Virus record (IMG/VR): IMGVR_UViG_2582581241_000004
Source: a virus
Length of the DNA stretch: 47,094 bases
Reading direction: 5' to 3' (one strand)
The position numbers and the translations under genes were made by a program. Shown piece after piece: positions 9,666 through 18,136 of the stretch; the stretch's first letter is position 1; each line of letters starts with the position of its first letter. Below the pieces are notes generated by a model. That model saw only the letters and a list, made by a program, of their open reading frames with translations. It was not told the DNA's origin and searched no databases.

Positions 9666-9974
9666 ATGTCCGAAGCATACAAATCGACCGACGACCGCCG
9701 CGCAACCGACGCCTCTCCGCAGGCATCGACGACAGGGAGCGTCGCCGGCGGCGCGTTCCGCAGCGTCTATCGTCCGCTGACGGACGGCGAGAAGGATCTC
9801 GTCGATCGCGTGAAGCTGAAGGGCGAGGAATTCTTCGCGCTCATCGCGGAAGCCGGCGGCACGGATCCGGCCTCGGAGAGAACGGGAAGCGCGTCGCTGA
9901 CGCTGGCCTTCCGCCACGTCGAGGACGCCGTCTACCGCACCGTGAAGCACATCACCGGCCCGAAGGCCGCGTAA
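9666..9974 (+). CDS. Acb2/Tad1-like helical-hairpin protein (candidate signalling-nucleotide sponge)
   Basis: ATG 9666 after AAGGA; YRPLTDGEKDLVDRVKLKGEEFFALI...LTLAFRHVEDAVYRTVKHIT resembles the YRxL...K..G...LA....E pattern of Acb2/Tad1. Confidence 0.55.
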   Translation: MSEAYKSTDDRRATDASPQASTTGSVAGGAFRSVYRPLTDGEKDLVDRVKLKGEEFFALIAEAGGTDPASERTGSASLTLAFRHVEDAVYRTVKHITGPKAA

Positions 9975-9989
9975 TCGTATCGGAGTCAT

Positions 9990-10020
9990 CGACGGCGCGA
10001 CACGCGTCGTCGTCCTTTTT
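9990..10020 (+). terminator. Putative intrinsic terminator
   Basis: CGACGGCGCG-ACA-CGCGTCGTCG followed by TCCTTTTT. Confidence 0.45.
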
Positions 10021-10037
10021 GAAGAGGGTGACAAAAC

Positions 10038-10385
10038 ATGCCGAACAACACGGAAATCGTCGCCAGGCGCATCTGGGTCAGCCGTCATTTCGCCGGCACC
10101 TTGGCCGACGCGAAGGTCATCACCGACGACCTCGTGAAGCGCGGGCTCATCGCGGGAGACGACAACGAGAGGGTCGCCCTCGAGAACGCCCTGGATCGCA
10201 TCGGCTGGGACGAGATCCACGCCTTCAACGGCGAGCTCGCCAAGGGCCAGGACATCCACGAGGACGGCGGTGGCTTCTTCAGGCGGGCGATCAAGGCGCT
10301 GTTCGGTGTGAAGCCGAAGGATCCCGTCGTCACGCATCGCGACGCTGCCAGGGCGCTGATCGAGAGCCTCGAGGGGAATTCCTGA
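10038..10385 (+). CDS. Hypothetical protein
   Basis: ORF track; GAGGG RBS. Confidence 0.6.
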   Translation: MPNNTEIVARRIWVSRHFAGTLADAKVITDDLVKRGLIAGDDNERVALENALDRIGWDEIHAFNGELAKGQDIHEDGGGFFRRAIKALFGVKPKDPVVTHRDAARALIESLEGNS

Positions 10386-10571
10386 ATGCAGATCGCGAGC
10401 GAATTCGAACTCGGCGACAAGGTCATCATCGACGGAGACAAATCCATCGTGGCCGTGGTCAGCGGTTTCACCTGGCGCGGACACCTCTTGATCGAGGTCG
10501 AGTGGTTCCATGCCGGAATTATTCACTCCGCATGGTTTCACGAGCCGCGCTTGGCCAAGAGGAATACCTGA
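10386..10571 (+). CDS. Small KOW/SH3-like hypothetical protein
   Basis: FELGDKVII...VEVEW-type pattern; abuts neighbours. Confidence 0.55.
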   Translation: MQIASEFELGDKVIIDGDKSIVAVVSGFTWRGHLLIEVEWFHAGIIHSAWFHEPRLAKRNT

Positions 10572-10825
10572 TGCAGATCGGGCGCATCGAAGGCGCGACG
10601 CGCGTCGTCGGGAAATCGCAGGGCTATCTCGGCCTTCCGATCCGCGACGGCTCGATCAACTGCACCGTCAACGGACCGGCCACGCCGACGATGACGACCG
10701 CGTGGCTGCCGACGCAGGACGAACTCGCGGCGCTGAATGCCGGCGCCTCGGTGCATGTCGAAATTCTCGGGAACGTCCATCCGCCGATTCTGGTCGGCGT
10801 CGGACCGGTTTCGCAGGAGGGGTGA
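10571..10825 (+). CDS. Phage hypothetical protein
   Basis: ATG 10571 (TGATG overlap); MQIGRIEGATRVVG...W.PT.DELAALNAG...HPP. Confidence 0.65.
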   Translation: MQIGRIEGATRVVGKSQGYLGLPIRDGSINCTVNGPATPTMTTAWLPTQDELAALNAGASVHVEILGNVHPPILVGVGPVSQEG

Positions 10826-10828
10826 TCC

Positions 10829-11134
10829 ATGTTGCACGCCGTGATCCAGTTCTATCTCACCGTCGGCTTTACGCTCACCACACTCATATTCGCGATGGCG
10901 GCTTTCGTGCCGGTGGACGTCATGTATTTGGCGTCATCGCCTGACGCGGTCGATGATGTTCGTGAGGCGTTCGACGGTTTCAAACGGAATCCGCTGCAAC
11001 TGCTGTTGTTCATTCCGTTGCTGATCATTCTCGGTCCGCTGCTGTTTGTCGTGCGAACGGATCCCCGTCGAGACACCCTGGCGATTCTTGTAGTTTTCTC
11101 CCTGAGCGCCCTGGCGTTCTACGCGAGCAGATGA
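10829..11134 (+). CDS. Membrane protein
   Basis: Three hydrophobic segments; GGAGG RBS. Confidence 0.55.
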   Translation: MLHAVIQFYLTVGFTLTTLIFAMAAFVPVDVMYLASSPDAVDDVREAFDGFKRNPLQLLLFIPLLIILGPLLFVVRTDPRRDTLAILVVFSLSALAFYASR

Positions 11135-11135
11135 C

Positions 11136-11627
11136 ATGCCCCTGTCGTTGATAGGCACCCGAGAAAATCCACTGACGATGGATCAGATCGTCAAAGTCCT
11201 GCCGAAGGACGGAGGCTATCATTATCTTGCGTCGCCGTATTCGAAGCATCCGAACGGGCTTCACGCCGCCGACTGGGAAATGAAGCGCGTCGCCGGCTTC
11301 TTTCTGCGGAACGGCGTCCCGGTGTTCTCGCCTGTCGTCCACAGCCATGGCGTCGCATTCGGAGCCGGCATCGATCCGTTCTCGCACGACATCTGGATCC
11401 CGCTGGATCGTCCGCTGATGGACGCCGCGGCGTCGCTGGTCGTCGTGATGCTGAAGACGTGGGAAACGTCGAAGGGCGTCGGCATCGAGATCGAGGAATT
11501 CGAGCGAGCCGGCAAGCCGGTGCTGTTCGTCGATCCGCACTATAGCGGCTGGCTGGACGTCGAAATGGCGCGGATCGTCGAGACGTTTCCGGATCGGATC
11601 ATCGACGAATTCGGGGAATCGAAATGA
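11136..11627 (+). CDS. DUF1937-like (nucleoside deoxyribosyltransferase-fold) protein
   Basis: YLASPYS, VFSPVVHSH, W..SKGV..EI motifs. Confidence 0.7.
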   Translation: MPLSLIGTRENPLTMDQIVKVLPKDGGYHYLASPYSKHPNGLHAADWEMKRVAGFFLRNGVPVFSPVVHSHGVAFGAGIDPFSHDIWIPLDRPLMDAAASLVVVMLKTWETSKGVGIEIEEFERAGKPVLFVDPHYSGWLDVEMARIVETFPDRIIDEFGESK

Positions 11628-12313
11628 GCGCCAAGACTTCAATACTTCGCGTCTACATGGCCGGGCCGTTGTTCACCGCCGCCGAGCGGATCTTCAATTC
11701 CGATCTGCGGGACGCCCTGGCGCGTCTCCTGCCGGAGGTCGAATTCGTGCTGCCGCAGGAGGCCTCGGACGCCCTGCTTCCCGATCTCGAGGCCGTCGCC
11801 GCCGACTGTTTCGAGCATGTCCGTGAGTGCGATCTGGTGCTGGCGAACCTGGACGGGCCCGACGCCGACTCGGGAACCTGCGTCGAAGTCGGCTTCGCGA
11901 TCGGGCTCGGGAAGCACGTCATCGGCTTCCGCACCGATTTCCGCGCCGGCGAAGTGGACGGCGTTAACGCCATGCTTCGCTACGGCTGCAACGAAATCGT
12001 TTCGGCGCCGTCCTTCTCCGGCGGCATCATGGAGCTGGCGCGGGCTATCGCCGAACGGATCGGGCGTTTGAAGGCGCCCATGTCTCCGGAGCCGACCGAA
12101 ATCGTCAGATATCGTCTCGCCGGCGACGGGGACGACCGCACCTATGTCATCCCGGTCGGTCGCGGCAGAGAGTTCGCGGCGATCTGCGAAGCGATCTCGA
12201 AATTCTGGGACGGCGGCATGACAGGCGATCCACCGGAGATTCCCGAGTGGGCCGTTGAAGTCGAGAATCCCTTTGGACGGCTGACGTTCTCGGATTGGAG
12301 GGTCGAGGATTGA
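11624..12313 (+). CDS. Nucleoside 2-deoxyribosyltransferase-family protein
   Basis: VYMAGPLFT..ER, D.VLANLDG.DADSGTCVEVGFA..LGK, NAML. Confidence 0.8.
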   Translation: MSAKTSILRVYMAGPLFTAAERIFNSDLRDALARLLPEVEFVLPQEASDALLPDLEAVAADCFEHVRECDLVLANLDGPDADSGTCVEVGFAIGLGKHVIGFRTDFRAGEVDGVNAMLRYGCNEIVSAPSFSGGIMELARAIAERIGRLKAPMSPEPTEIVRYRLAGDGDDRTYVIPVGRGREFAAICEAISKFWDGGMTGDPPEIPEWAVEVENPFGRLTFSDWRVED

Positions 12314-12627
12314 ATTTCATCGCCACCATGCTCGGTCTCGCCGCCGTCGCCTTCGTGCAGAACATGGCGTTCACGGCGGTATCGCGTTCGCGCAACAGCG
12401 GCGACGTCCTTCATCACGCGAAGTGGTCGGTGGCGTCGAACGGCGTCTGGTTCGTCATGCAGATCCTGCTGTGGGGAACCATCTGGAAGGCCGTCGAGGC
12501 CGGGTCGTGGTGGCAGATCGCCGTCGCGGGAGCCGTCTATGTCGCGGCCACGACGGCGGGGTCGTGTTTGATGATGGCGCACATGCTGCGGACGGAGGAC
12601 GGCAAGAGGAAGGTGGGGGCGAGATGA
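12310..12627 (+). CDS. Membrane protein
   Basis: TTG 12310 overlapping the stop (or ATG 12328); three hydrophobic helices. Confidence 0.55.
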   Translation: MNFIATMLGLAAVAFVQNMAFTAVSRSRNSGDVLHHAKWSVASNGVWFVMQILLWGTIWKAVEAGSWWQIAVAGAVYVAATTAGSCLMMAHMLRTEDGKRKVGAR

Positions 12628-13505
12628 GAGAGGAATTCGAAGAGATCAAGAAGCTCTATTCGGATGCGGCGGAGCGTAGCCGGAAGGCGTTTCGCAATCC
12701 CGGTCGCATGATCAAAGCTCAGGGCTATCCTGCGAATAGTCGGAAGAGCGAAGAGGAACATGTGGCGAGCGCGCAGTCGCATCTGAAGAAGGAATCCAAT
12801 ATGTCCACCGAAGGCAAGCACATTCCGTGGATCGACGCGAATACCTGGATTCCGATGGAGGTCGGCGCCTATCCGTCGGTGATCCCCGACAACGAAGGCG
12901 ACGAGGTCTCCTACATCGTCGTCGAACGCGATCAAGTCGGCAGGCCGTTCAAGTCGGAATCGAAACATCCGCATCTCATCGCACCGATCTGTTTTCCGCC
13001 GTCGTTCCATGGATGCGACGACGCGAAGACATGGGCGCGGGAAAACGGCGGCTCCCAGTTCGAGGCGGGATCCACGCTGCGCTACGAACGCGCGACAGCC
13101 GACCAGATCGCCTTCCTGATGAAGGCGACGCCGGGCACGCTGGTCGTCGGCGAAGCTCCATGGACGGGCATCGACACTCTGCTGGAATTGCTCGAGCCGG
13201 CGGTGGATGGATCCGCATTCCTCCTGGAGTCTGGAAGCCCATCCGTTCCCGGTGGAAAGGTCGGCAAGTCGAGCGGCTATGCAATCCTCGCCAACGGGTC
13301 GGCGTTTTTCACGTACGATCGCTACGCGGAATATGTGAAATCTTCCGTCTTAAATCTCGGTTTCCTGAAGCAGGCCATTCAGACTCGGTCCGGAGATGTC
13401 GTCGTCAAGCGCCGGATCGGCTGGATCGAGGAATGGGCGTCGAGAGAGACAGTGAACGAGATCACCGGCCTCCTGAATCCCGACGACGTGTTCGTGGTGG
13501 AGTGA
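12624..13505 (+). CDS. Hypothetical protein
   Basis: ATGA overlap at 12624; alternative start ATG 12801 after AAGGA. Confidence 0.55.
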   Translation: MREEFEEIKKLYSDAAERSRKAFRNPGRMIKAQGYPANSRKSEEEHVASAQSHLKKESNMSTEGKHIPWIDANTWIPMEVGAYPSVIPDNEGDEVSYIVVERDQVGRPFKSESKHPHLIAPICFPPSFHGCDDAKTWARENGGSQFEAGSTLRYERATADQIAFLMKATPGTLVVGEAPWTGIDTLLELLEPAVDGSAFLLESGSPSVPGGKVGKSSGYAILANGSAFFTYDRYAEYVKSSVLNLGFLKQAIQTRSGDVVVKRRIGWIEEWASRETVNEITGLLNPDDVFVVE

Positions 13506-13515
13506 GGTTCGAACG

Positions 13516-13662
13516 ATGACCGAAGACATCGCCGTCATCATCGCACTCGGGCTCGCCGCGTTGGGCTGGCTGGTCGGCAACGGCCTGAAGGAACTCGGCG
13601 AGAGCATCGACAGTGGCCTGACCAATCTCGCCAACGCGCTGGACCGGGACAGGAAGGACTGA
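13516..13662 (+). CDS. Small membrane protein (48 aa)
   Basis: Below the ORF-track cutoff; GAGG RBS; MTEDIAVIIALGLAALGWLVG... Confidence 0.5.
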   Translation: MTEDIAVIIALGLAALGWLVGNGLKELGESIDSGLTNLANALDRDRKD

Positions 13663-13663
13663 A

Positions 13664-13861
13664 ATGCACATCTGGAAGGACTACCTGACGGCGGAGCAGA
13701 ACGCGGAGATCAACTCGGAGATCGACCGCATCATTTCCGCCATCATCGAAAAGAGCGGAACGTCGATCACCCCGCAGGAGGTCGGCGGATATTCCACTCC
13801 TCCAGGCTCGCGCCCGCCTCTTCCGAAAACGGGAACAGGCGTGAATCGCAGGGAATCCTGA
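13664..13861 (+). CDS. Hypothetical protein
   Basis: AAGGA RBS; operon packing. Confidence 0.5.
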   Translation: MHIWKDYLTAEQNAEINSEIDRIISAIIEKSGTSITPQEVGGYSTPPGSRPPLPKTGTGVNRRES

Positions 13862-13899
13862 AGACTGATCGGCGTCGTCTTGAATACGGGAGCGGGGAA

Positions 13900-14409
13900 A
13901 TGAAGGCGCATCTCTCGACCAAAACCTACGTCTCATGTCCGAACTGCGGCAAAGGCGAGCATCTTGTGTCGCACCTGTTCGACGAGAGACTTCCCCGTGC
14001 ATTCGGCCCTTGGTATTGCAAGCACTGCGGGCAATCGTTCTCGGGCACGGTCAAGTCGGAGACCGACATCGACCTGAAGCTCAATTACGAGCAATCCGTC
14101 AAGCACGCCGTCCTGCTGATGCTGCCTCCACGCGACAAGCCGCTTTATTTCGTGATCGCCGGCAACGAGATCCGCAGGCCAGACAAGTCGCCGATGACGG
14201 AGGACGACTGGCGCTTTCGCTACGAATCCCACCAGTGCCCGACGAACTTCATCCCGGTGGAGTGCATCATCGACGACGGAGACACCGACCCGCACGGCGT
14301 CTTCGAGTTCGTCCGCGCCGTCGAATGGGTCGACGAACCGAACAACGGCGCAAGCGTGGACGAGAACGACAGCCACTACGCGAAGCTGTTTCCGGAGATC
14401 GAGGCATGA
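13900..14409 (+). CDS. Zinc-ribbon hypothetical protein
   Basis: CPNC...CKHC; H.CPTN; DPHG.F. Confidence 0.6.
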   Translation: MKAHLSTKTYVSCPNCGKGEHLVSHLFDERLPRAFGPWYCKHCGQSFSGTVKSETDIDLKLNYEQSVKHAVLLMLPPRDKPLYFVIAGNEIRRPDKSPMTEDDWRFRYESHQCPTNFIPVECIIDDGDTDPHGVFEFVRAVEWVDEPNNGASVDENDSHYAKLFPEIEA

Positions 14410-14705
14410 CGATCCACTGGAAAGAGCGTGATCCGACGCCGGGGCGCACCTATCCATTCCACGGCTATGCGCCGGGCAATTATCTGTGCGCCTGCGATGT
14501 CTGCGGATCCCGCTACATCGGCGACAAGCGGTCCCTGTGCTGCGAGGACTGCGCCGAGACCCGCGAAGAGGCGATCAAGCGCCAGCAGCAATGCGACCGG
14601 GCAGCGATGATGGATGGCGGATTCGTGGACGAGGTGGACGAGCCGGCAGCCTCCGACGTCGCTGCGGTCATCGACGATTTCTCGGCCAAATGGAGCAGGA
14701 CATGA
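14406..14705 (+). CDS. Small zinc-finger protein
   Basis: ATG 14406; GYAPGNY.C.C..C...GDKR..C..CA. Confidence 0.6.
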   Translation: MTIHWKERDPTPGRTYPFHGYAPGNYLCACDVCGSRYIGDKRSLCCEDCAETREEAIKRQQQCDRAAMMDGGFVDEVDEPAASDVAAVIDDFSAKWSRT

Positions 14706-15151
14706 CCATCAAAATCACCCGCGTTCTGACGCCGGAAGAGTTCGAGGAGATCAACGACGACGCCGTGAAGAACGGCTTCTGGCGCAACGATCCGCGCATT
14801 CTGACGCCGGGAATGGCATGGTATCAGCCCTGGTATTGGCATCCAGACGGATCGGGATGCCTTCCAAGGGGAAGCGAGTTCCTGTCCGATTACTATTGGA
14901 AGGATTGGGCGGACAAGCGGGCGCCGATCTGCGTCGTCTGTCCAAATGGCGAGCAATGGGAGATCGATCGCAAGAGCAGCAACGGCAACGGGTGGGTGGT
15001 CGTCGGAGAGCTTCCGGACATCACGGTGTCGCCGTCGATTTTGGTCAACGGCTATCATGGATTTCTTCGGGGCGTCCAGTTCACGGCGGATGTCGATGGC
15101 AGGCCGCCGAATGGAATTCCGCAGCCTTATACGAAGAGGGACGCGGCGTGA
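14702..15151 (+). CDS. Hypothetical protein (DUF6527-like C-terminus)
   Basis: ATG 14702; CP.G..W.ID...W...P.ITVSPSI...YHGF. Confidence 0.5.
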   Translation: MTIKITRVLTPEEFEEINDDAVKNGFWRNDPRILTPGMAWYQPWYWHPDGSGCLPRGSEFLSDYYWKDWADKRAPICVVCPNGEQWEIDRKSSNGNGWVVVGELPDITVSPSILVNGYHGFLRGVQFTADVDGRPPNGIPQPYTKRDAA

Positions 15152-15399
15152 CTGTCGAACTGAATCCGCGCTGGCTCGCCTACTGCGTTTCGCAGGGAAG
15201 ATCCGACGCCGAGCAACGCGCGTTCGACAAGGAAAGGATGCCGTGCGGGCGGATGTTCGGCTTCATCTCCTGGTCGAACAGAATGATCCGTGATGCGGCA
15301 AAGAGCATTCCAGAAGCCTTCATCGGCGGCGGCCTGCATGACCATGATGCGTACGACGACTGGCTCTGGCGCAACGTGGCGCCGTATTGGGCGGCGTGA
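15148..15399 (+). CDS. Hypothetical protein
   Basis: GTG 15148 (GTGA overlap); VELNPRWLAYC... Confidence 0.55.
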   Translation: MTVELNPRWLAYCVSQGRSDAEQRAFDKERMPCGRMFGFISWSNRMIRDAAKSIPEAFIGGGLHDHDAYDDWLWRNVAPYWAA

Positions 15400-15411
15400 A
15401 GGAGCAACCGC

Positions 15412-15987
15412 GTGATCGTCATCGGTTTCAAAGGCAAGAAGAACAGCGGCAAGTCCACCGTCGCCGACTATCTGGTCGCGCGCCACGGGTTCGTTCGGCA
15501 GAAGATGTTCGCGCCGGGCAAGGAAATGCTGCGCGTCTACCTGCGGTATCGGGGCGTCGCCGAGGATCGCATCGAGCGCATGATCGAAGGCGACCTCAAG
15601 GAGGTTCCGGTGTGGGAACTCTTCGACAAGACGCCGCGCTGGGTCATGCAGAAGTGGGGAACCGAGGGAAGCCGCGATCTGATCGACAAGCGGTTCTGGT
15701 CGGCGGCCTGGTTCGACCACCTTGAGCTGACGACGAACGAGGGCGCCGGCCGCCGCATCCTCGTTGACGACTGCCGATATATCGAGGAAGTCGAGGCGAT
15801 GAAGGCGACGGGATCGGCGTGGATCGTCAACGTCGTGCGCCCCGGTCTCGCTGCAAACGACGACCACGCGTCCGAGGAGCAGGCGTTCCCGCACGATCTG
15901 GAGATCGTCAACGACGGGACGGTGGACGACCTGCACGGGAAGGCCGACGCGCTGCTGCGGGATTTGTCGTGGGCCGTGGCGGCGTGA
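15412..15987 (+). CDS. Deoxynucleoside monophosphate kinase
   Basis: IGFKGKKNSGKST P-loop; FA..K; TPRWVMQKWGTE..R; DDCRY.EE; HASE. Confidence 0.85.
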   Translation: MIVIGFKGKKNSGKSTVADYLVARHGFVRQKMFAPGKEMLRVYLRYRGVAEDRIERMIEGDLKEVPVWELFDKTPRWVMQKWGTEGSRDLIDKRFWSAAWFDHLELTTNEGAGRRILVDDCRYIEEVEAMKATGSAWIVNVVRPGLAANDDHASEEQAFPHDLEIVNDGTVDDLHGKADALLRDLSWAVAA

Positions 15988-16013
15988 TGCCGATCACGGC
16001 GCAAGCCCGGCAC

Positions 16014-17078
16014 TAGAGCGGAATCCGATCAAGCTGCATCATAGCCGGACGCCGCGAAGTAATTCGCGCATTCGCTCGGCGTGACGCTTCGCAGGGCCAG
16101 GGCGACCGCCGCGTCGAGCGCATCGACAGTGCGCGCCGCGATGCGCTGGAGAACCGACTTGATCTTCGAGAAGGATTTTTCGATCGGATTGAAGTCCGGC
16201 GAATACGGCGGAAGATAAAGGACCTTCGCGCCTTTCGCTTCGATCGCCTCCCGCACGCCCACGACCTTATGGGTGCACACATTGTCCAGCACCACGATCT
16301 CTTCTGCGCAGAGCGTCGGCGCCAGAACCTGCTCGACATAGGCCAGGAACGAGCGTCCATCGAGCGCGCCGTCGATCATCATCGGCGCGTCGATGCGATC
16401 GACGCGCAGCGCCGCGATCAGCGTCGTCGTCTCCCGGTGTCCAAATGGGACCGACGCCCGGCAACGCTCCCCGCGCGGCGCCCGGCCGAAGCGCCGCGCC
16501 ATGTTCGTCGAGACGCTCGTCTCGTCGAGGAAAACGAGCTTTTCCGGGTCGAGATCGAGCTCGCCCTCGAACCATTCCTCGCGGGCCTCGGCGACGTCCT
16601 CCCTGTCCTGCTCCGCGGCATGGCCTGTCTTCTTCTTCCGCGTGATCCCATGGCGCGCGAGGAACCGCCACACCGTCCCATAGCCTACGGCGAGGCCATG
16701 GCTCTCCCGGATCTTGTCGCGCAGCTCCATGACCGTCGTGTCGGGCTTGTCCTTTATCTGCGCGAGGATGAAATCGGCGTGCGCCTCTATGCGCTGCGAG
16801 CGGCGGTCGCCGCCCATCTTGCCCGGCGCCACCTCGCCGGTGATCTCGACGCGCTTGGCCCAGCGCACGGCGGTCGCCGGACCGATATCGAACCGTGCGG
16901 CCGCCTGTCGTCGCGACATCCCGCACCGGATCGCCTTCATCACCTTCTCGCGAAGATCCATCGACAGCGCCACGATCCCCTCCCAGCCGCTCGCGCCGCT
17001 CAATGCCGATCAGCGCTCCGCTCGAGATATGGGAATCCGTCCCGCTTTATTGAATCGCCATGCTCGGACGATGCTCTA
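16014..17078 (-). mobile_element. IS630-family insertion sequence
   Basis: Imperfect TIRs TA-GAGCGGAATCCGA / TA-GAGCATCGTCCGA with TA at 16014-15 and 17077-78. Confidence 0.85.
16029..17003 (-). CDS. IS630 transposase (single ORF; true start probably near the SMDLREKV segment)
   Basis: SMDLR N-terminus, HTH, VFLDET, VLDN...HK, YLPPYSPDFNPIE. Confidence 0.92.
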   Translation of the reverse strand: MSGASGWEGIVALSMDLREKVMKAIRCGMSRRQAAARFDIGPATAVRWAKRVEITGEVAPGKMGGDRRSQRIEAHADFILAQIKDKPDTTVMELRDKIRESHGLAVGYGTVWRFLARHGITRKKKTGHAAEQDREDVAEAREEWFEGELDLDPEKLVFLDETSVSTNMARRFGRAPRGERCRASVPFGHRETTTLIAALRVDRIDAPMMIDGALDGRSFLAYVEQVLAPTLCAEEIVVLDNVCTHKVVGVREAIEAKGAKVLYLPPYSPDFNPIEKSFSKIKSVLQRIAARTVDALDAAVALALRSVTPSECANYFAASGYDAA

Positions 17079-17125
17079 ATCAACCGCCTTATGATGTGCT
17101 ACAAGCTCCGTGTTTCACGGGGTTT

Positions 17126-18136
17126 ATGATGTCGGATTTAGAGACCGTCGAGAAAATGAGCCGGCAGACGTTTTCAATCGCTTACAGCGGAATTGACCGC
17201 TCGGACGACCACTCGATAGATGTCGAGGCGCTCGCTCCCGCTCTCTTGGCATTCGGAAAGCTGATTCGTGAAAGCAACTCCGAGATAAACGGGAAAAATG
17301 CGACGGCCAAGGTTCTTGTCGTATCCGACTTCGAGCATAAGTGCTTCAATATCAATTTCGAGGTTGTTCTTGGATATTTGGAGCAGATCAAGACTCTTCT
17401 TGGTGACGACCCGATAGCGACTGCCAAGAAAATCCTTGAAATGATCGGAATTCTAAAGCCCGAGACGGGGGCCGTCGCCGCCACCGCCGGCGTCTCCTAC
17501 ATCACCTACCTGACGCTTAAAAAAGGGCGGAAGGTCGCCAAGACCGAGGTTCTCGACCAGACGCGTTCAGGGCTGGTCAAGGTGCATATCGAGGGCGACA
17601 ACAACAACCCGATCACCGTCCACAACGCCGTATACAATCTATCGGTCAATCCGAGGGCGCTGAAGGCGACGAGGGACGCCTTTACACCGATCGGACAGGA
17701 TGGATTCGATCGCGTGGAGTTTCGGGATGGAGGTCAATTGATCGACGGGATCACGCCCGATCAGACGCAGGCCATTCTCGCCTCCTGTCTGTCGGGATTG
17801 AACGAGGCTGCCGACAACCCTCCCGACGTCCAAACAATACCGGCGTGGCTCAGCGTCTACGGTCCTGTTTTCGATGCGAAGGCCGAAAAGTGGCGCTTCC
17901 GGTTCGGGGCAGATACGATCTATGCCGACATCACGGAGACGGGGATCGCGCAGAGCGCCATTGAACGCGGCGGCTCCATGGTCAACGACGCCTATCATGT
18001 CATGTTGGAGATTGCGACGCCGAAGGACGCCATGGGAAGAACGGGAAAGCAGTCATACAAGATCGTCGACCTCATCAAATTCGTGCCTTCCGATCCGAAG
18101 GCTCAGGGCTCCCTGTTCGACGCAGATAAAAAATGA
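17126..18136 (+). CDS. Hypothetical protein coupled to a methyltransferase
   Basis: ATG 17126/17129 or 17156; HSIDVEALAPALLAF; stop overlaps the MTase start. Confidence 0.65.
   Translation: MMSDLETVEKMSRQTFSIAYSGIDRSDDHSIDVEALAPALLAFGKLIRESNSEINGKNATAKVLVVSDFEHKCFNINFEVVLGYLEQIKTLLGDDPIATAKKILEMIGILKPETGAVAATAGVSYITYLTLKKGRKVAKTEVLDQTRSGLVKVHIEGDNNNPITVHNAVYNLSVNPRALKATRDAFTPIGQDGFDRVEFRDGGQLIDGITPDQTQAILASCLSGLNEAADNPPDVQTIPAWLSVYGPVFDAKAEKWRFRFGADTIYADITETGIAQSAIERGGSMVNDAYHVMLEIATPKDAMGRTGKQSYKIVDLIKFVPSDPKAQGSLFDADKK

Noticed and set aside
15987-16016. Gene MPITAQARH disrupted by the IS630
   Set aside because: Removing the IS and one TA gives CAC-TAA, still a stop, so no longer gene is restored.
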